Origin: a virus
Length of the DNA stretch: 64,000 nt
Virus record (IMG/VR): IMGVR_UViG_3300009509_000013
Location: 1-64,000 of that record
Strand: one strand, 5' to 3'
Position numbers and translations under genes: made by a program. How positions within the stretch are numbered: position 1 is the first letter of the stretch; each line of letters opens with the position of its first letter. A model generated the notes under the pieces. It did no database searches, was not told where the DNA came from, and saw only the letters and a program-made list of their open reading frames with translations. This document shows, in pieces, positions 1-9,310 of this stretch.

Positions 1-1
1 T

Positions 2-508
2 TCAACCCGCCGGGTTTGCTTTGCCGTGAAGATAGCCGCGCTTCGCGTTGATCTCCGTCTTCCGCTTCATTTCTTCGAGCAAGTCGAAGCCGACCGTTTC
101 GGCAACCCGCCGACATTCTCGAAGCGCGATTTCGAGCGCCGTCCGAACGTCGTCGCGCTTTTCGTGTCGCCACGCTTCAACCGCCGCGCAAAGTTGCGAC
201 AAGATCGGCCAAACCAAACACTCGACCGCTTGAAAGCGCGTCGAACCTTTCCCGTATCCGTTCAACTTCCAATCGCCCGGCCAAATGCTTTCGAGCAAGT
301 GAAGCAACCGAATTGCCGTGTCAGCGATTTCAACTTCGAACGGATCTTCGCCGATCCCTTTCGCGCCTTGAACGCCTTCGTCGAGTTCCGTCACGGCGAG
401 CATGACCTTGACCGGAACGTCCGGGAAGCCCGGTCGAAGCCAACCGTTCGCGTCGTTCACTTCGTTGATTCGTTGCGCTAGTTCGTGCCAGTCTTGACGC
501 TCGTTCAT
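2..508 (-). CDS. MazG-like (all-alpha NTP pyrophosphohydrolase) protein
   Basis: MLAVTELDEGVQ...EVEIADTAIRL resembles the MazG ExxE...ExxD motif; typical phage C-terminus KTEINAKRGYLHGK; directly downstream of the helicase. Confidence 0.65.
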   Translation of the reverse strand: MNERQDWHELAQRINEVNDANGWLRPGFPDVPVKVMLAVTELDEGVQGAKGIGEDPFEVEIADTAIRLLHLLESIWPGDWKLNGYGKGSTRFQAVECLVWPILSQLCAAVEAWRHEKRDDVRTALEIALRECRRVAETVGFDLLEEMKRKTEINAKRGYLHGKANPAG

Positions 509-509
509 T

Positions 510-1901
510 TCAAAAACCTTCCCCTTCCCGTTCGGCTTGCCGAATCATCATTCGCGCTAGATCCGCGTCAAGCGGAATGATCTCTTTTGAATCTCCGTCG
601 CGATACTTCGCGACAAACAATTCGATCTTCCCGGTCTTGTATCGGGAAAATTCGTCTTCTTCTTTCACGTCTTCTTCTTCCGCGTCGTCGTCCGCGATCT
701 TCGTCGTCCGCGATTTCTTCTTCGGTTGATTCAACGTGATCACAAGGTCGGCGATTCGGCTTTTGTCGTATGATTCCGAAACGGCTTCCGCGCCGGCGGT
801 TCGCGTTTCCCATTCCCGCCCGGCTTGCGTTGCGCTCCAAACGACGACGCTTTCTTCTTCCGCGAGCGACTTCAATCCCCAATAGACGTTTGCTTGTTCA
901 AGCCGCGTCGATTCGAATTTGCCGATCCCGCGCATATGGTCGCCCGAATCCACAATGATAAAATCGACGTCCATTTCGGAACGGATTTCGTCAATCGTCG
1001 ACCGGAGAACGTTCACGTCGCAACGAAGCAACGGCATTGAAACGACCCGAAGCCGATTCGTGAACGTCTTTTTGAAACGTTGAAGCTTCGCTTCCATGTC
1101 GCGAAGCTCCGAAGGTGTGAAATCGAACGTCTTGAATTTCTTGTAAACGGTTTGAAACGCCCGCGCGTCGAGCCGGGTCGCGACTTGCTTCGCCGCCATT
1201 TCAAGCGAGAAATAGATTCCCCCGAAGCCGCGAGCCGCGCCGTTGAAGGCGAAGTTCGTCAACGTGATCGACTTCCCGCGCCCCGTCGTCCCGACAACAA
1301 GCCCAACTTCCCCCGGACGATTCCCGCCCGATTGAATTTCGTCAAGCCGCTTGATTCCGGTCGGGATCGCCTTCGTCAATTCCGGGTGTTCGCGTTCGTG
1401 TTTCCGCGTCGCTTGCCTTTCTTCGAATTGCTCGATCCATTTCACTTCGACATAAGACTTCGGCTTGAAGTCGTGCGTCGCGACCTTCCGCAATTCTTCG
1501 AACGCCCGGTCGACCTTCCCCTTTTCAAGCGCCGTCGCGCTCGATTCCATAGCCGTTTGAAGCGTGACCGCCCGAACGAATTCTTGAAGCTCCGCGAGCG
1601 CCGCCTTCGGCGTCTTCGGCTTCAAGTGCATAAGCCTTGAAGCAAGCTCCAAATAGGGTTGACGTTCGTCTTCGTCGTCGATTTCGCGCTTCAACCGCGC
1701 GAGAATGATCTTCGACGTGACGCGCTCGGAATAGTCGACCCAAGTTTTTTCGATCAAGCTCCAAATCCATCCGTGATGCTTTGTCGAAAAATGGTGTGAA
1801 CGGAGCAACCGGGAAGCGCTTCGAAGGTATTCGTCGGAGCGAAGACACGCCGCAAGAATTTGTTCTTCGAAGTCGACGTTGAAAATCGGTTGATCGTTCA
1901 T
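510..1901 (-). CDS. DnaB-like replicative helicase
   Basis: IPTGIKRLD, Walker A GTTGRGKS, FSLEM, Walker B IIVDSGD, SATQ, ADLVITL, VAKYRDG. Confidence 0.92.
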   Translation of the reverse strand: MNDQPIFNVDFEEQILAACLRSDEYLRSASRLLRSHHFSTKHHGWIWSLIEKTWVDYSERVTSKIILARLKREIDDEDERQPYLELASRLMHLKPKTPKAALAELQEFVRAVTLQTAMESSATALEKGKVDRAFEELRKVATHDFKPKSYVEVKWIEQFEERQATRKHEREHPELTKAIPTGIKRLDEIQSGGNRPGEVGLVVGTTGRGKSITLTNFAFNGAARGFGGIYFSLEMAAKQVATRLDARAFQTVYKKFKTFDFTPSELRDMEAKLQRFKKTFTNRLRVVSMPLLRCDVNVLRSTIDEIRSEMDVDFIIVDSGDHMRGIGKFESTRLEQANVYWGLKSLAEEESVVVWSATQAGREWETRTAGAEAVSESYDKSRIADLVITLNQPKKKSRTTKIADDDAEEEDVKEEDEFSRYKTGKIELFVAKYRDGDSKEIIPLDADLARMMIRQAEREGEGF

Positions 1902-1902
1902 G

Positions 1903-2613
1903 TCAAAATCCGAGATCTTGCTTCATGCGATCCCGGAGTTCTAGCCGGAAGTCGCCCGCGTCGAATTGAGCTTGCCGATATTTGCCGTCGAAGATCGAAG
2001 TCAACGTCGCTCCATAGACCTTTTTCAATTCTTCGCTTTCGGTGTTCGTCGCGATCAAGGTCGGAAGCGATTCGTCGAACCGCGTCTTCAAGATTCGTTC
2101 GATTTGAAGCCGAATCCAAGAATCCCCCTTTTTGAATTGTTCCTTTCCCATTTCGTCAATCGCGACGAAATCGCTTGTCAGATACCAATGAAGCCGGTCG
2201 GTCAATTCTTTGTCTTTGAAGCCGCGCTTCAATTCATAGTCGAGTTCGGGAAGCGACGTATAGAACGCCGTGAACCCGCGACGAATCACGCGCCCCAAAA
2301 CGTAAGAAATGAACATTGTCTTTCCGACGCCGTTGTCGCCAAGAAACAAAAGCCCGTAGCCTTTGACGCGAGCCCGCTTCAACTTCCGGCAATAGGGCAA
2401 GATCAATTCGGTGAAGATCTCGCAATTCCATTTGACGTCGGATTTCTTCGTGAACCAAAAGTCGCGCGGAATGCCGGCTTCATACGACGCGACCGAAATT
2501 TCGTGCTTCGTGTAGCAACCGCAATCGAGATTGTCGCCCTTGCATTCGCAAGCGTGAATCGTGTCCGCGCGAGACAAAAGGCGGAAGCGTTCAACTTCGT
2601 CTTCGGTTCTCAT
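1903..2613 (-). CDS. DnaC/IstB-like AAA+ helicase loader
   Basis: N-terminal Cys cluster, Walker A GDNGVGKT, Walker B AIDEMGKE, PTLIATN; immediately upstream of the helicase. Confidence 0.88.
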   Translation of the reverse strand: MRTEDEVERFRLLSRADTIHACECKGDNLDCGCYTKHEISVASYEAGIPRDFWFTKKSDVKWNCEIFTELILPYCRKLKRARVKGYGLLFLGDNGVGKTMFISYVLGRVIRRGFTAFYTSLPELDYELKRGFKDKELTDRLHWYLTSDFVAIDEMGKEQFKKGDSWIRLQIERILKTRFDESLPTLIATNTESEELKKVYGATLTSIFDGKYRQAQFDAGDFRLELRDRMKQDLGF

Positions 2614-3703
2614 GTTCCCCGCCTTTCTTCCGAAAAAGCTTGATCGCCCAATCGACCAACGGACGCAAGCGCGACGACACGAAAAGATCGCGACCGCCGG
2701 CGATTGCCTTCGCCGCGTTTTGAACCGTCATAAGTTCCCGGTCGCTCCAATCCCCGACGTCGTGACCCGCTTCAACCAATCCGCCGCGAAGCTCCGGGTG
2801 AAGCGCGTTCGTGTCCGCGTAACCGTGAAGCCCCGCCGCAACGTTGGAGCCTTTCGAATCTTCAATCTTCGCCGGGTCCGCCTTCGGCCCGTTCAACGAA
2901 TAGAACGAAGCCGCCGCGTCAATGTTCGCCGCCGCCGCGACGAAGTGAAGCGGAGCATAGCGAAGCCGGAATTTGTGAATGTGAGCCGCCCAATAGCGAA
3001 TCAATTGTTCCGGGGTGATTCCGCGTTCGAAGGCGAGAACCGCCCCTTGCGCCCCGAACTTTTCTTCGCTCCCGTGTAGCTTGAAATAGGGATCGTTGAT
3101 CTTGCGCCAACGGACATATTGACGAACGAACTCCGCGCCCATTCGCGCGACCAATTCCCGGCGGAACTTCGAGTTCGGCGACAAGTTCAAGAGTCGCCGC
3201 ATTTCCGCCTTGTCTTCCGGGGAAGGGGTGAAGATTTTCGACGACTTCAAATTTTCGAGATTCCCGATCTTGACCGCCCCGCGAGTTCGCCGCTTCTTCT
3301 TCGCGTCGGCTTTCCGTTTCTCCCGCGCCTTCGCGACCCGCTCGACCTTGACCTTCGCCCTTCCGGTTTTCTTTTCCGCTTTTTCCGTCTTGCCGTCTTC
3401 CCCGTCTATACGGCTTTGGTTCTCTAAAGACTTATGATCTATTACTCTATAAGAGGCGGTTCGCGATTCTTCCCCTTGAAGCGTCAAGAATTTCCGTTTC
3501 TTTCTTGGGTAACTTTTCGGAAATTCATTTTCGACACTCCCGCCCCGGTCAAAAATTCCGTTTTTTCCTTCAACCTTTCTTGCTCGTTTCGAACTCATTT
3601 TTCCCGAATCTCCGATCCCGGTCTTCGAGTTCTCGAAGAATTCGACCCGGTTCTTTCGGGAAAGTATTTCGAAACGAATGCTATTCTCCGACGTTTCATT
3701 CAT
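2591..3703 (-). CDS. putative replication initiator (basic, low-complexity N-terminal half)
   Basis: Position upstream of the loader and helicase; Lys/Arg-rich linker; AT-rich internal DNA. Called mainly by synteny. Confidence 0.45.
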   Translation of the reverse strand: MNETSENSIRFEILSRKNRVEFFENSKTGIGDSGKMSSKRARKVEGKNGIFDRGGSVENEFPKSYPRKKRKFLTLQGEESRTASYRVIDHKSLENQSRIDGEDGKTEKAEKKTGRAKVKVERVAKAREKRKADAKKKRRTRGAVKIGNLENLKSSKIFTPSPEDKAEMRRLLNLSPNSKFRRELVARMGAEFVRQYVRWRKINDPYFKLHGSEEKFGAQGAVLAFERGITPEQLIRYWAAHIHKFRLRYAPLHFVAAAANIDAAASFYSLNGPKADPAKIEDSKGSNVAAGLHGYADTNALHPELRGGLVEAGHDVGDWSDRELMTVQNAAKAIAGGRDLFVSSRLRPLVDWAIKLFRKKGGEHENRRRS

Positions 3704-3713
3704 TCCCCGCCTA

Positions 3714-4007
3714 TTATGAAAGCTTGATAAATCGATCCGTTCCTTTCAGGATCGCCCTACGTTTCAAGGTGATTTTTGCGCGTCTTCGGTCATTGTCCGC
3801 GCGCTCGACTCCGACGAAACCTTTTCGACGAAGCTCCCGAAAAACGTCGTTCGCGCTCGAAGTCGTTTTTCCAAGCGTCGACGCGATAGCCTTCCGCCCG
3901 GCGGAAAGCTCCGTTTCTGTCATGGCGTGAAGTCGAACCCAAACGGCGAACGCCGTCTTCGTCAATTCCCGATAGCCTTCCGGGATTGTGCAAGCGTCAA
4001 AAAGCAT
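3714..4007 (-). CDS. winged helix-turn-helix DNA-binding protein
   Basis: RKAIASTLGKTTSSANDVFRELRRKGFV is an HTH pattern; GGCGGGG RBS. Confidence 0.65.
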   Translation of the reverse strand: MLFDACTIPEGYRELTKTAFAVWVRLHAMTETELSAGRKAIASTLGKTTSSANDVFRELRRKGFVGVERADNDRRRAKITLKRRAILKGTDRFIKLS

Positions 4008-4093
4008 TTTCCCCGCCTTTGACGAAAGAGCGCGCCGGCGAGCCGCCGGCGGGGAACCAAGCGACGACGCCGACGCGCCCCTTCAAGGTTCCG

Positions 4094-4122
4094 GTTGTAC
4101 GGTTGCCCGTTCCCTTCGTCAA
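4094..4122 (-). promoter_or_regulatory. sigma70-like promoter for the replication operon
   Basis: TTGACG-N17-TACAAC on the minus strand, in the intergenic gap upstream of the HTH gene. Confidence 0.55.
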
Positions 4123-4124
4123 GT

Positions 4125-5612
4125 TCATTCGACAACCCTTATTTGAAAAGCGACTTCTTCGCGATACGTCTTCAACCGTTCGCGCGAATGCTTCGCGAAG
4201 TAGCCGTTCGTTTGATCCATGAAGTCGACGAAGATCGCTTCGGTCTTCCCGTCATGCGGCGTCAAGCAACGCATTCGTTGAACCGTCGCCTTCACGTCGC
4301 GACCGCCTTCCGCGTTGATCACGGCGTCAATTTCGGGAATGTCGATCCCTTCCCCGAAGACGGTTCCGATCAACGCTTGAAGCGACCCGTCGACGAACGC
4401 CTTCACAAGCCGCTTTCGAGCGTCCGCCTTGTCGTCGCCCGTGATTACTCCCGCCCGAACGCCGCGTCGCCCCAAAGACTCTTGAAGCAAGCCCGCTTGT
4501 TCCTTTCGGTTCGTGACGATCAACGTCTTCAAGCCACGTTCGATCAAGTCCGTCGCGATTGAAGTGATTTTCGTATTCCGCCAATCGTTGAAGTGAATCG
4601 CTTGATCGACAAGCTCGCCGCTCCAATCTTCGTCGTCGAGCCCTTCCGGTTCCGTCACGCGATAAAGCCGAATGTCCGGTCGCATCAAATAGCCTTCGTC
4701 GATCAACCGGGAAGGCGACACGGAAAAGACAACCTTCCCCGTGCAAGCGCGCAACCAAATCACGCCCCTTTCTTGTTGGCGTGTTCGATCAAAATAGACC
4801 GTCGCCGACAACCCGATCTTGAACCGAGAATCAAAGTCGAGAACGATTGACCGCCATTGCTCCGCGCGCAAATGGTGACATTCGTCGAAGATCACGCAAT
4901 CGAACGCGACGCGCAAAGCCGAATAGCGCGGGTCTTGCGGAACCGTGATCGTCTTCTTCTTCCCGTTGACCGTCTTCGTTCGCTTGCCGCCGAACGCGCG
5001 CGTCAACGTTTGAACCGAAGCGACCGTGACGTCGCGTTCGATCCATTCCGAATCGCCGACGATTCCGATTTCGTCGAGCTTCCGGTCGAACGACTCCGCG
5101 AGCGAAGCCCGCGTTTGATGCAAAAGCATTTGTGAAGGGACAATGAAAAGCGTTCGCGCCTTCAACCGATAGATCACGCCCGCCGCCGTCTTCGTCTTCC
5201 CGGAGCGGATCGGCATATGCAAGATCCCGGAGCCGCGAGCTTCCCCGCGAGCTTCGTCAAGCAACGCTTCAACCGCTTCGACTTGATAGCCGCGAAGCTC
5301 GACCTTCGGATTCCAAGCGAGCTTGATCGCCTTTCCCGGTCGCCGGCGAGCCGAAGCGTCGAGCTTCCATTCGACGCCTTGCTCGCGAAGCACGTCGAGA
5401 ACGTCTTCGAACATGCCGGTCGGAACGCGATAGCCCGCGCTCGACTTGTACGTCAACAAGTGTTCTTTGCCGTCCCAACGCTTCGCGCGGAACGCCGGCG
5501 TGAAATGCGCGCCGGCGACCTTGTATGAAGTCACTTCGTCGATTGCCGCCGTCAAGCGACGGTCGAGCCCGCGAAGTCGAATGAAACGGTTGTCGAGTTC
5601 AAGAGAAATCAT
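4125..5612 (-). CDS. superfamily 2 DExH-box helicase
   Basis: LRGYQ Q-motif, PIRSGKT, DECHH, GLSAT, GEGIDIP, QRMRCLT. Confidence 0.9.
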   Translation of the reverse strand: MISLELDNRFIRLRGLDRRLTAAIDEVTSYKVAGAHFTPAFRAKRWDGKEHLLTYKSSAGYRVPTGMFEDVLDVLREQGVEWKLDASARRRPGKAIKLAWNPKVELRGYQVEAVEALLDEARGEARGSGILHMPIRSGKTKTAAGVIYRLKARTLFIVPSQMLLHQTRASLAESFDRKLDEIGIVGDSEWIERDVTVASVQTLTRAFGGKRTKTVNGKKKTITVPQDPRYSALRVAFDCVIFDECHHLRAEQWRSIVLDFDSRFKIGLSATVYFDRTRQQERGVIWLRACTGKVVFSVSPSRLIDEGYLMRPDIRLYRVTEPEGLDDEDWSGELVDQAIHFNDWRNTKITSIATDLIERGLKTLIVTNRKEQAGLLQESLGRRGVRAGVITGDDKADARKRLVKAFVDGSLQALIGTVFGEGIDIPEIDAVINAEGGRDVKATVQRMRCLTPHDGKTEAIFVDFMDQTNGYFAKHSRERLKTYREEVAFQIRVVE

Positions 5613-5663
5613 AGCTCCCCGTTATATGCCGCCGGGGAGCAAAACGTTGACAGTTTTTTGACT

Positions 5664-5933
5664 CTATTTTTCGCCGCTCGGTTCGTCGGCTTTGCCGTTG
5701 CGTTTCCGCCGGAGCCGTTGCCGGAATCGTTGAAGCTCCGAAACGTGTTCGTCGATCCCGTCGTAAACCTCTTTGCTTTGCGCGTCCGCCGCTTCAACCG
5801 CCGTCAATTTTTCGTCGTCTTTGACGACCGCCGCAAGCTCCGCGTTGTGCGCCCGCTCCGGCCAAGGTTTCTTTTCGCCGTCCAAGTCGTCGGCTTGAAT
5901 CGCTAGAGCGCGTGAACGGAAGATTCCGAACAT
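5664..5933 (-). CDS. hypothetical protein
   Basis: ORF fills the gap, has an AAGGCGG RBS and genome-typical codon usage. Confidence 0.55.
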   Translation of the reverse strand: MFGIFRSRALAIQADDLDGEKKPWPERAHNAELAAVVKDDEKLTAVEAADAQSKEVYDGIDEHVSELQRFRQRLRRKRNGKADEPSGEK

Positions 5934-5945
5934 TGCCGCCGCCTT

Positions 5946-6164
5946 TCATTCGTCATGGTCAAGGGAATCGTGAAGCTCTTTGATCGTCGCTTGAAGTTCG
6001 GAAGCGAGCGAATGATATTTCTCCGCCGTCTTCGACGATTTTTCAAGCAAGCGATCATAGAGCGCCGTCACTTGCCGATCTTTCTTGTATGCTACGAAGA
6101 CGGCGATTGCCGTCACAAGTCCAAGTAACCCTTGCCCGGCAAGGTCCGTGATCAACGCTTCCAT
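5946..6164 (-). CDS. holin-like single-TM protein
   Basis: Likely start MEALITDLAGQGLLGLVTAIAVFVAY (one TM helix) followed by a coiled coil; lies in the lysis region. Confidence 0.5.
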   Translation of the reverse strand: MEALITDLAGQGLLGLVTAIAVFVAYKKDRQVTALYDRLLEKSSKTAEKYHSLASELQATIKELHDSLDHDE

Positions 6165-6186
6165 TTCTTTCGACCATGCGCCTTCC

Positions 6187-6594
6187 CTACCGGGTGACTT
6201 GGGAACCGGCATAAATCGCGCCAACGGTTATCGCGACGCCGATCCCAATCCCAAGCCAACGATTGAAGCCCGGCGATTCATACCACGGCGGCGGCTTCGT
6301 CGCTTCTTCGAGCCTCGCACGATAGACTTGTTCAATATTGTGCATTTCTCTAGTCCGAATGTCTAGTTTTCCCCGCAATTCTTCAACCGCGAGTTCGGCT
6401 TTCAAGAATGCTTTGAAGCGATCTTCGGGAACAAGAATCCCGGAGAAAGGCGCGGGTTTTCCTTCCAAAACGACGACGACTTTCCCGGAATTCGCTTCGA
6501 CCGTTTTCGGAGCTTCGGCGGCTTCGTCGGCGAGCGCCGGCGACGCGAAAGACGCCGCAAAGACGAAAACGATTCCAACCGCGAGCGCCTTCAT
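6187..6594 (-). CDS. spanin-like secreted or membrane protein
   Basis: Signal peptide MKALAVGIVFVFAASFASPALA, coiled coil, C-terminal TM; ATGA overlap with the upstream gene. Confidence 0.45.
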   Translation of the reverse strand: MKALAVGIVFVFAASFASPALADEAAEAPKTVEANSGKVVVVLEGKPAPFSGILVPEDRFKAFLKAELAVEELRGKLDIRTREMHNIEQVYRARLEEATKPPPWYESPGFNRWLGIGIGVAITVGAIYAGSQVTR

Positions 6595-6908
6595 GACTGC
6601 CCCGAACGGTTGGCGAATTCGGCGAGCGCTTGAAGACGCTTTTCTTCGTCGGAGATCTTTTCGATCTCCGCGAACTCGCGTTCGTTCGCTTCCATCTTTG
6701 CGGCGTGTGTTTCGAGTTCCTTCGCGGCGGCTTCGTGAATCTTGCCGGCGTCGTCTTTGGCTTTCTGCAAAAGCTCCGGCTTCCCCTTCGGCGTCGGGAG
6801 CAATCGCGACACAACGAAGATCGCGATTGCAAGCCCTAGCACGATCCAAAGCCAATAGCGTTTGAGCCAAGCGCCCGGCGGATTCGGAACGACGACAAGA
6901 TCGGCCAT
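6591..6908 (-). CDS. i-spanin-like membrane protein
   Basis: N-terminal TM (WLWIVLGLAIAIFVV) followed by a charged helical region; lysis cassette. Confidence 0.5.
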   Translation of the reverse strand: MADLVVVPNPPGAWLKRYWLWIVLGLAIAIFVVSRLLPTPKGKPELLQKAKDDAGKIHEAAAKELETHAAKMEANEREFAEIEKISDEEKRLQALAEFANRSGQS

Positions 6909-7123
6909 TAGCTGATCCCTTCGTCGCTTTTCAAAGCTGTCGTTTCGTCGGCGACGAAGGTTTCAACCGTCTTCGTCAAGGTCGGCGATTCAAGTTCCCG
7001 CGTGACGACTTTCTTCAAGTCGGCGTCGTCGGTCGAGCCGACGATCCCTTGAAAAAATACCGTGTAGGGTCCGCCTTCCGGCCCGCGAACGATCAACTCG
7101 ACTTGATTCAATTGCTTTGCCAT
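6908..7123 (-). CDS. hypothetical protein
   Basis: GGCGGGAG RBS; stop overlaps the next start. Confidence 0.6.
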   Translation of the reverse strand: MAKQLNQVELIVRGPEGGPYTVFFQGIVGSTDDADLKKVVTRELESPTLTKTVETFVADETTALKSDEGIS

Positions 7124-7138
7124 GTCTCCCGCCTTTCG

Positions 7139-7750
7139 TTAGCCTTCCGCCTTCGGCTTCGGCCCGAATGAAAGTTTTCCGGTGATCGCTTCATGCGCGC
7201 CCGTCGAACCGAGCCCCGCGAGCAATCCCGCGACGACCGCGTTCAAGACGTTCGCGCCGGTTTGGTAAGTCGACAAGCCCATGATCAAAGCTCCAAGCGC
7301 CATTGCGACCCAAGGCTTCAACCATTTCTTGTCATGCTGAATCAACCAAACGTCGATAGGCTTGAAGCGCAAAAGCCCCATTAGGAAATTGAGCAACGCG
7401 ATCAACCCGGCGAGCCAACCAAGGGTTTTCCAATCGTTGACCGTCTTTCCGAGCCCTTCAAGCAATTCGCCGGCGGTCGTTTCTTCGCCTTCGACCGAAT
7501 CGGTTGAAGCGGCGTCCGACGTTGGAGCCGCGACGCCCTCAGAAGCCCTAGAATCGACGGGAGCGGCTTCGCCCTTGTCCGACCCTTCGGGAGTCGTCGG
7601 AGCGCCCGCCACGGCGACCGGAGCCGCCGGAGCCGTCGTTTCTGCGACCGTTGCCGGTTGCGCCGGCTCGTTTTGCGCGTGAATTTCCGACAATGGGAAA
7701 AGAATTGCGACGATCCCCGCCGCGAGAATGATTCGCTTCAACCGTTCCAT
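7139..7750 (-). CDS. holin-like multi-TM protein with signal peptide and Ala/Pro/Thr linker
   Basis: Signal peptide, low-complexity linker, three hydrophobic segments ending GLLAGLGSTGAHE; GGAGG RBS. Confidence 0.55.
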   Translation of the reverse strand: MERLKRIILAAGIVAILFPLSEIHAQNEPAQPATVAETTAPAAPVAVAGAPTTPEGSDKGEAAPVDSRASEGVAAPTSDAASTDSVEGEETTAGELLEGLGKTVNDWKTLGWLAGLIALLNFLMGLLRFKPIDVWLIQHDKKWLKPWVAMALGALIMGLSTYQTGANVLNAVVAGLLAGLGSTGAHEAITGKLSFGPKPKAEG

Positions 7751-7799
7751 TTTCTAGCCTCCGTGACTAAAAGTTTGTGTTTCCTTCCGCTTCAACCGT

Positions 7800-8087
7800 T
7801 CAAGCGTGCTCCGACATGAAGCACGTTTGCGCCCGCGCCCAATGCCAAACAACCTTGTCGCCTTGCTTGCAATGCGGACAAACCGGATCGCCTTCGTTCG
7901 TTTCGACCCAAAACTTCCGGGGTCGTCGTTCCCCCGGCTTCCCCGGAATTTTGATCGTGCAACGCGAGCATTCCCCCTGATAGAGCCCATTCGCGACGAA
8001 CGAAGCGACTCCGCCGTTTTCGTCGTCCGGGATTCTCAAGACGTCGGGAACCCGGCGAAGCCGGCTTATGACGGGTTTCTTCGACAT
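7800..8087 (-). CDS. small zinc-ribbon protein
   Basis: CSRC and CPHC pairs. Confidence 0.5.
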   Translation of the reverse strand: MSKKPVISRLRRVPDVLRIPDDENGGVASFVANGLYQGECSRCTIKIPGKPGERRPRKFWVETNEGDPVCPHCKQGDKVVWHWARAQTCFMSEHA

Positions 8088-8113
8088 GCCCCTTCACTTC
8101 CCTTCCCCCGTGA

Positions 8114-8803
8114 TCAATACGCCCGGCAATATTGAAAGTGCATGTCGTCGCGTGTCCGCCAACGTCCGCCCCATTCAAAGCCAAAACGTTCGAAAGACTC
8201 TACAATTTCGGGGTGAAGATTTCCAATTTTGCCAACCGGATTCGTCGCCCAATTGAGATCGCAAGCAATCGCCCAAGAATGCGACGAAAGCCCGCGCTTC
8301 GGGTTGTGCATCTTGTGACGCGGCGACCAAATGCCGAATTGAACGATCTCGCCGTCGAGCCCCTTGTCGGCGATCTCCGTCAAGACCGCTTCGAAGACGG
8401 GAACCATTTTCCCGTGAACCATATGTGTTCCGACGACCGGAAGGTTCGCCCGAACAATGTGATTCTTCGCCCAATCGTTGACGATCTCGACCGCCCCGGC
8501 TTCCGCTTCAACGAATTCAATCTTCCCGAACGTCGCTTCGATTTGTTCCAAGCCGACCGGAACGGGGAACAAAAGGTTCGCTTCAACCGCCGCATATGCC
8601 GCGAGCGCTCGGTCGAGCGCCTTGTCGGTCGCGTCGTCGACAATCCCGTCGACGAAGTGCCTTTGTTGAAACGCGACGACCGCCGCCTTCGTGTTTCGTC
8701 CGAAGTCGCCGTCAATTGCGCCGGCGTAAAATCCGAGCGCCTTCAAGCGGTCTTGAACCGCTTTGACGTCTTCCCCTTTGCTTCCCGTTCGGATCGTGAC
8801 CAT
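8114..8803 (-). CDS. endolysin: peptidoglycan-binding domain plus M15-family peptidase
   Basis: GSKGEDVKAVQ..DGDFG..TKAAVVAFQ..VDGIV (PG-binding); SSHSWAIACD and WGGRW..DDMHFQ (M15). Start taken at MVTIRTG. Confidence 0.9.
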   Translation of the reverse strand: MVTIRTGSKGEDVKAVQDRLKALGFYAGAIDGDFGRNTKAAVVAFQQRHFVDGIVDDATDKALDRALAAYAAVEANLLFPVPVGLEQIEATFGKIEFVEAEAGAVEIVNDWAKNHIVRANLPVVGTHMVHGKMVPVFEAVLTEIADKGLDGEIVQFGIWSPRHKMHNPKRGLSSHSWAIACDLNWATNPVGKIGNLHPEIVESFERFGFEWGGRWRTRDDMHFQYCRAY

Positions 8804-8819
8804 TGGAGCCCCCTTCGCT

Positions 8820-9227
8820 TCAACCGGCTTCCGCGCCGGCTTCGGGTTGTTTTGGTTCTTCGGCGCTTGCTCGTTTCTTCGGCGTCGCCGCTTTGCGTCG
8901 AGAATCTTCCGCAGAAATGAGCAAAGTTGCATAGCCCTTCAACTCCCCCGCAAGTTGTTGTTGTTGCGTTCTCCCTTGTTCAAGCCGTTGCGCCATTTCT
9001 TGAACGGCTTGACCGACTTGTTGCGATTGATGCGACGTCGCTCGAAACTTTTTGGCAACGTCGGCTTCCATGCCGGCGAGCTTGACTTCGTTCCTTGCGA
9101 CCGACGCGAGATAAGCGTTCACTTCGTCGTCGGTCATGGAAATTTCGAACGGAGCGCCTTCACTTGGGATCGCCGCCGCCGTTGTTCCGTTCCCCTTCGC
9201 CTTCGTTGTCTTCTTTCTAGGTGCCAT
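8820..9227 (-). CDS. hypothetical coiled-coil protein
   Basis: GGAG RBS before MAPRKK; heptad-like Gln-rich core. Confidence 0.55.
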   Translation of the reverse strand: MAPRKKTTKAKGNGTTAAAIPSEGAPFEISMTDDEVNAYLASVARNEVKLAGMEADVAKKFRATSHQSQQVGQAVQEMAQRLEQGRTQQQQLAGELKGYATLLISAEDSRRKAATPKKRASAEEPKQPEAGAEAG

Positions 9228-9310
9228 TTTCTTGTTCTCCCTTGTGCCGCCGTTTGTTGCGGCCAATTAGGTTTGAAGGGATCGCACTATCACGATCCCG
9301 GCTTCATTGC

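Noticed and set aside
8804-8932. Upstream extensions in the ORF track (also 13914-14294, 37920-38636, 62691-63446, 6187-6870)
   Set aside because: They overlap neighbouring genes or promoters; internal starts with an RBS or translational coupling fit better.
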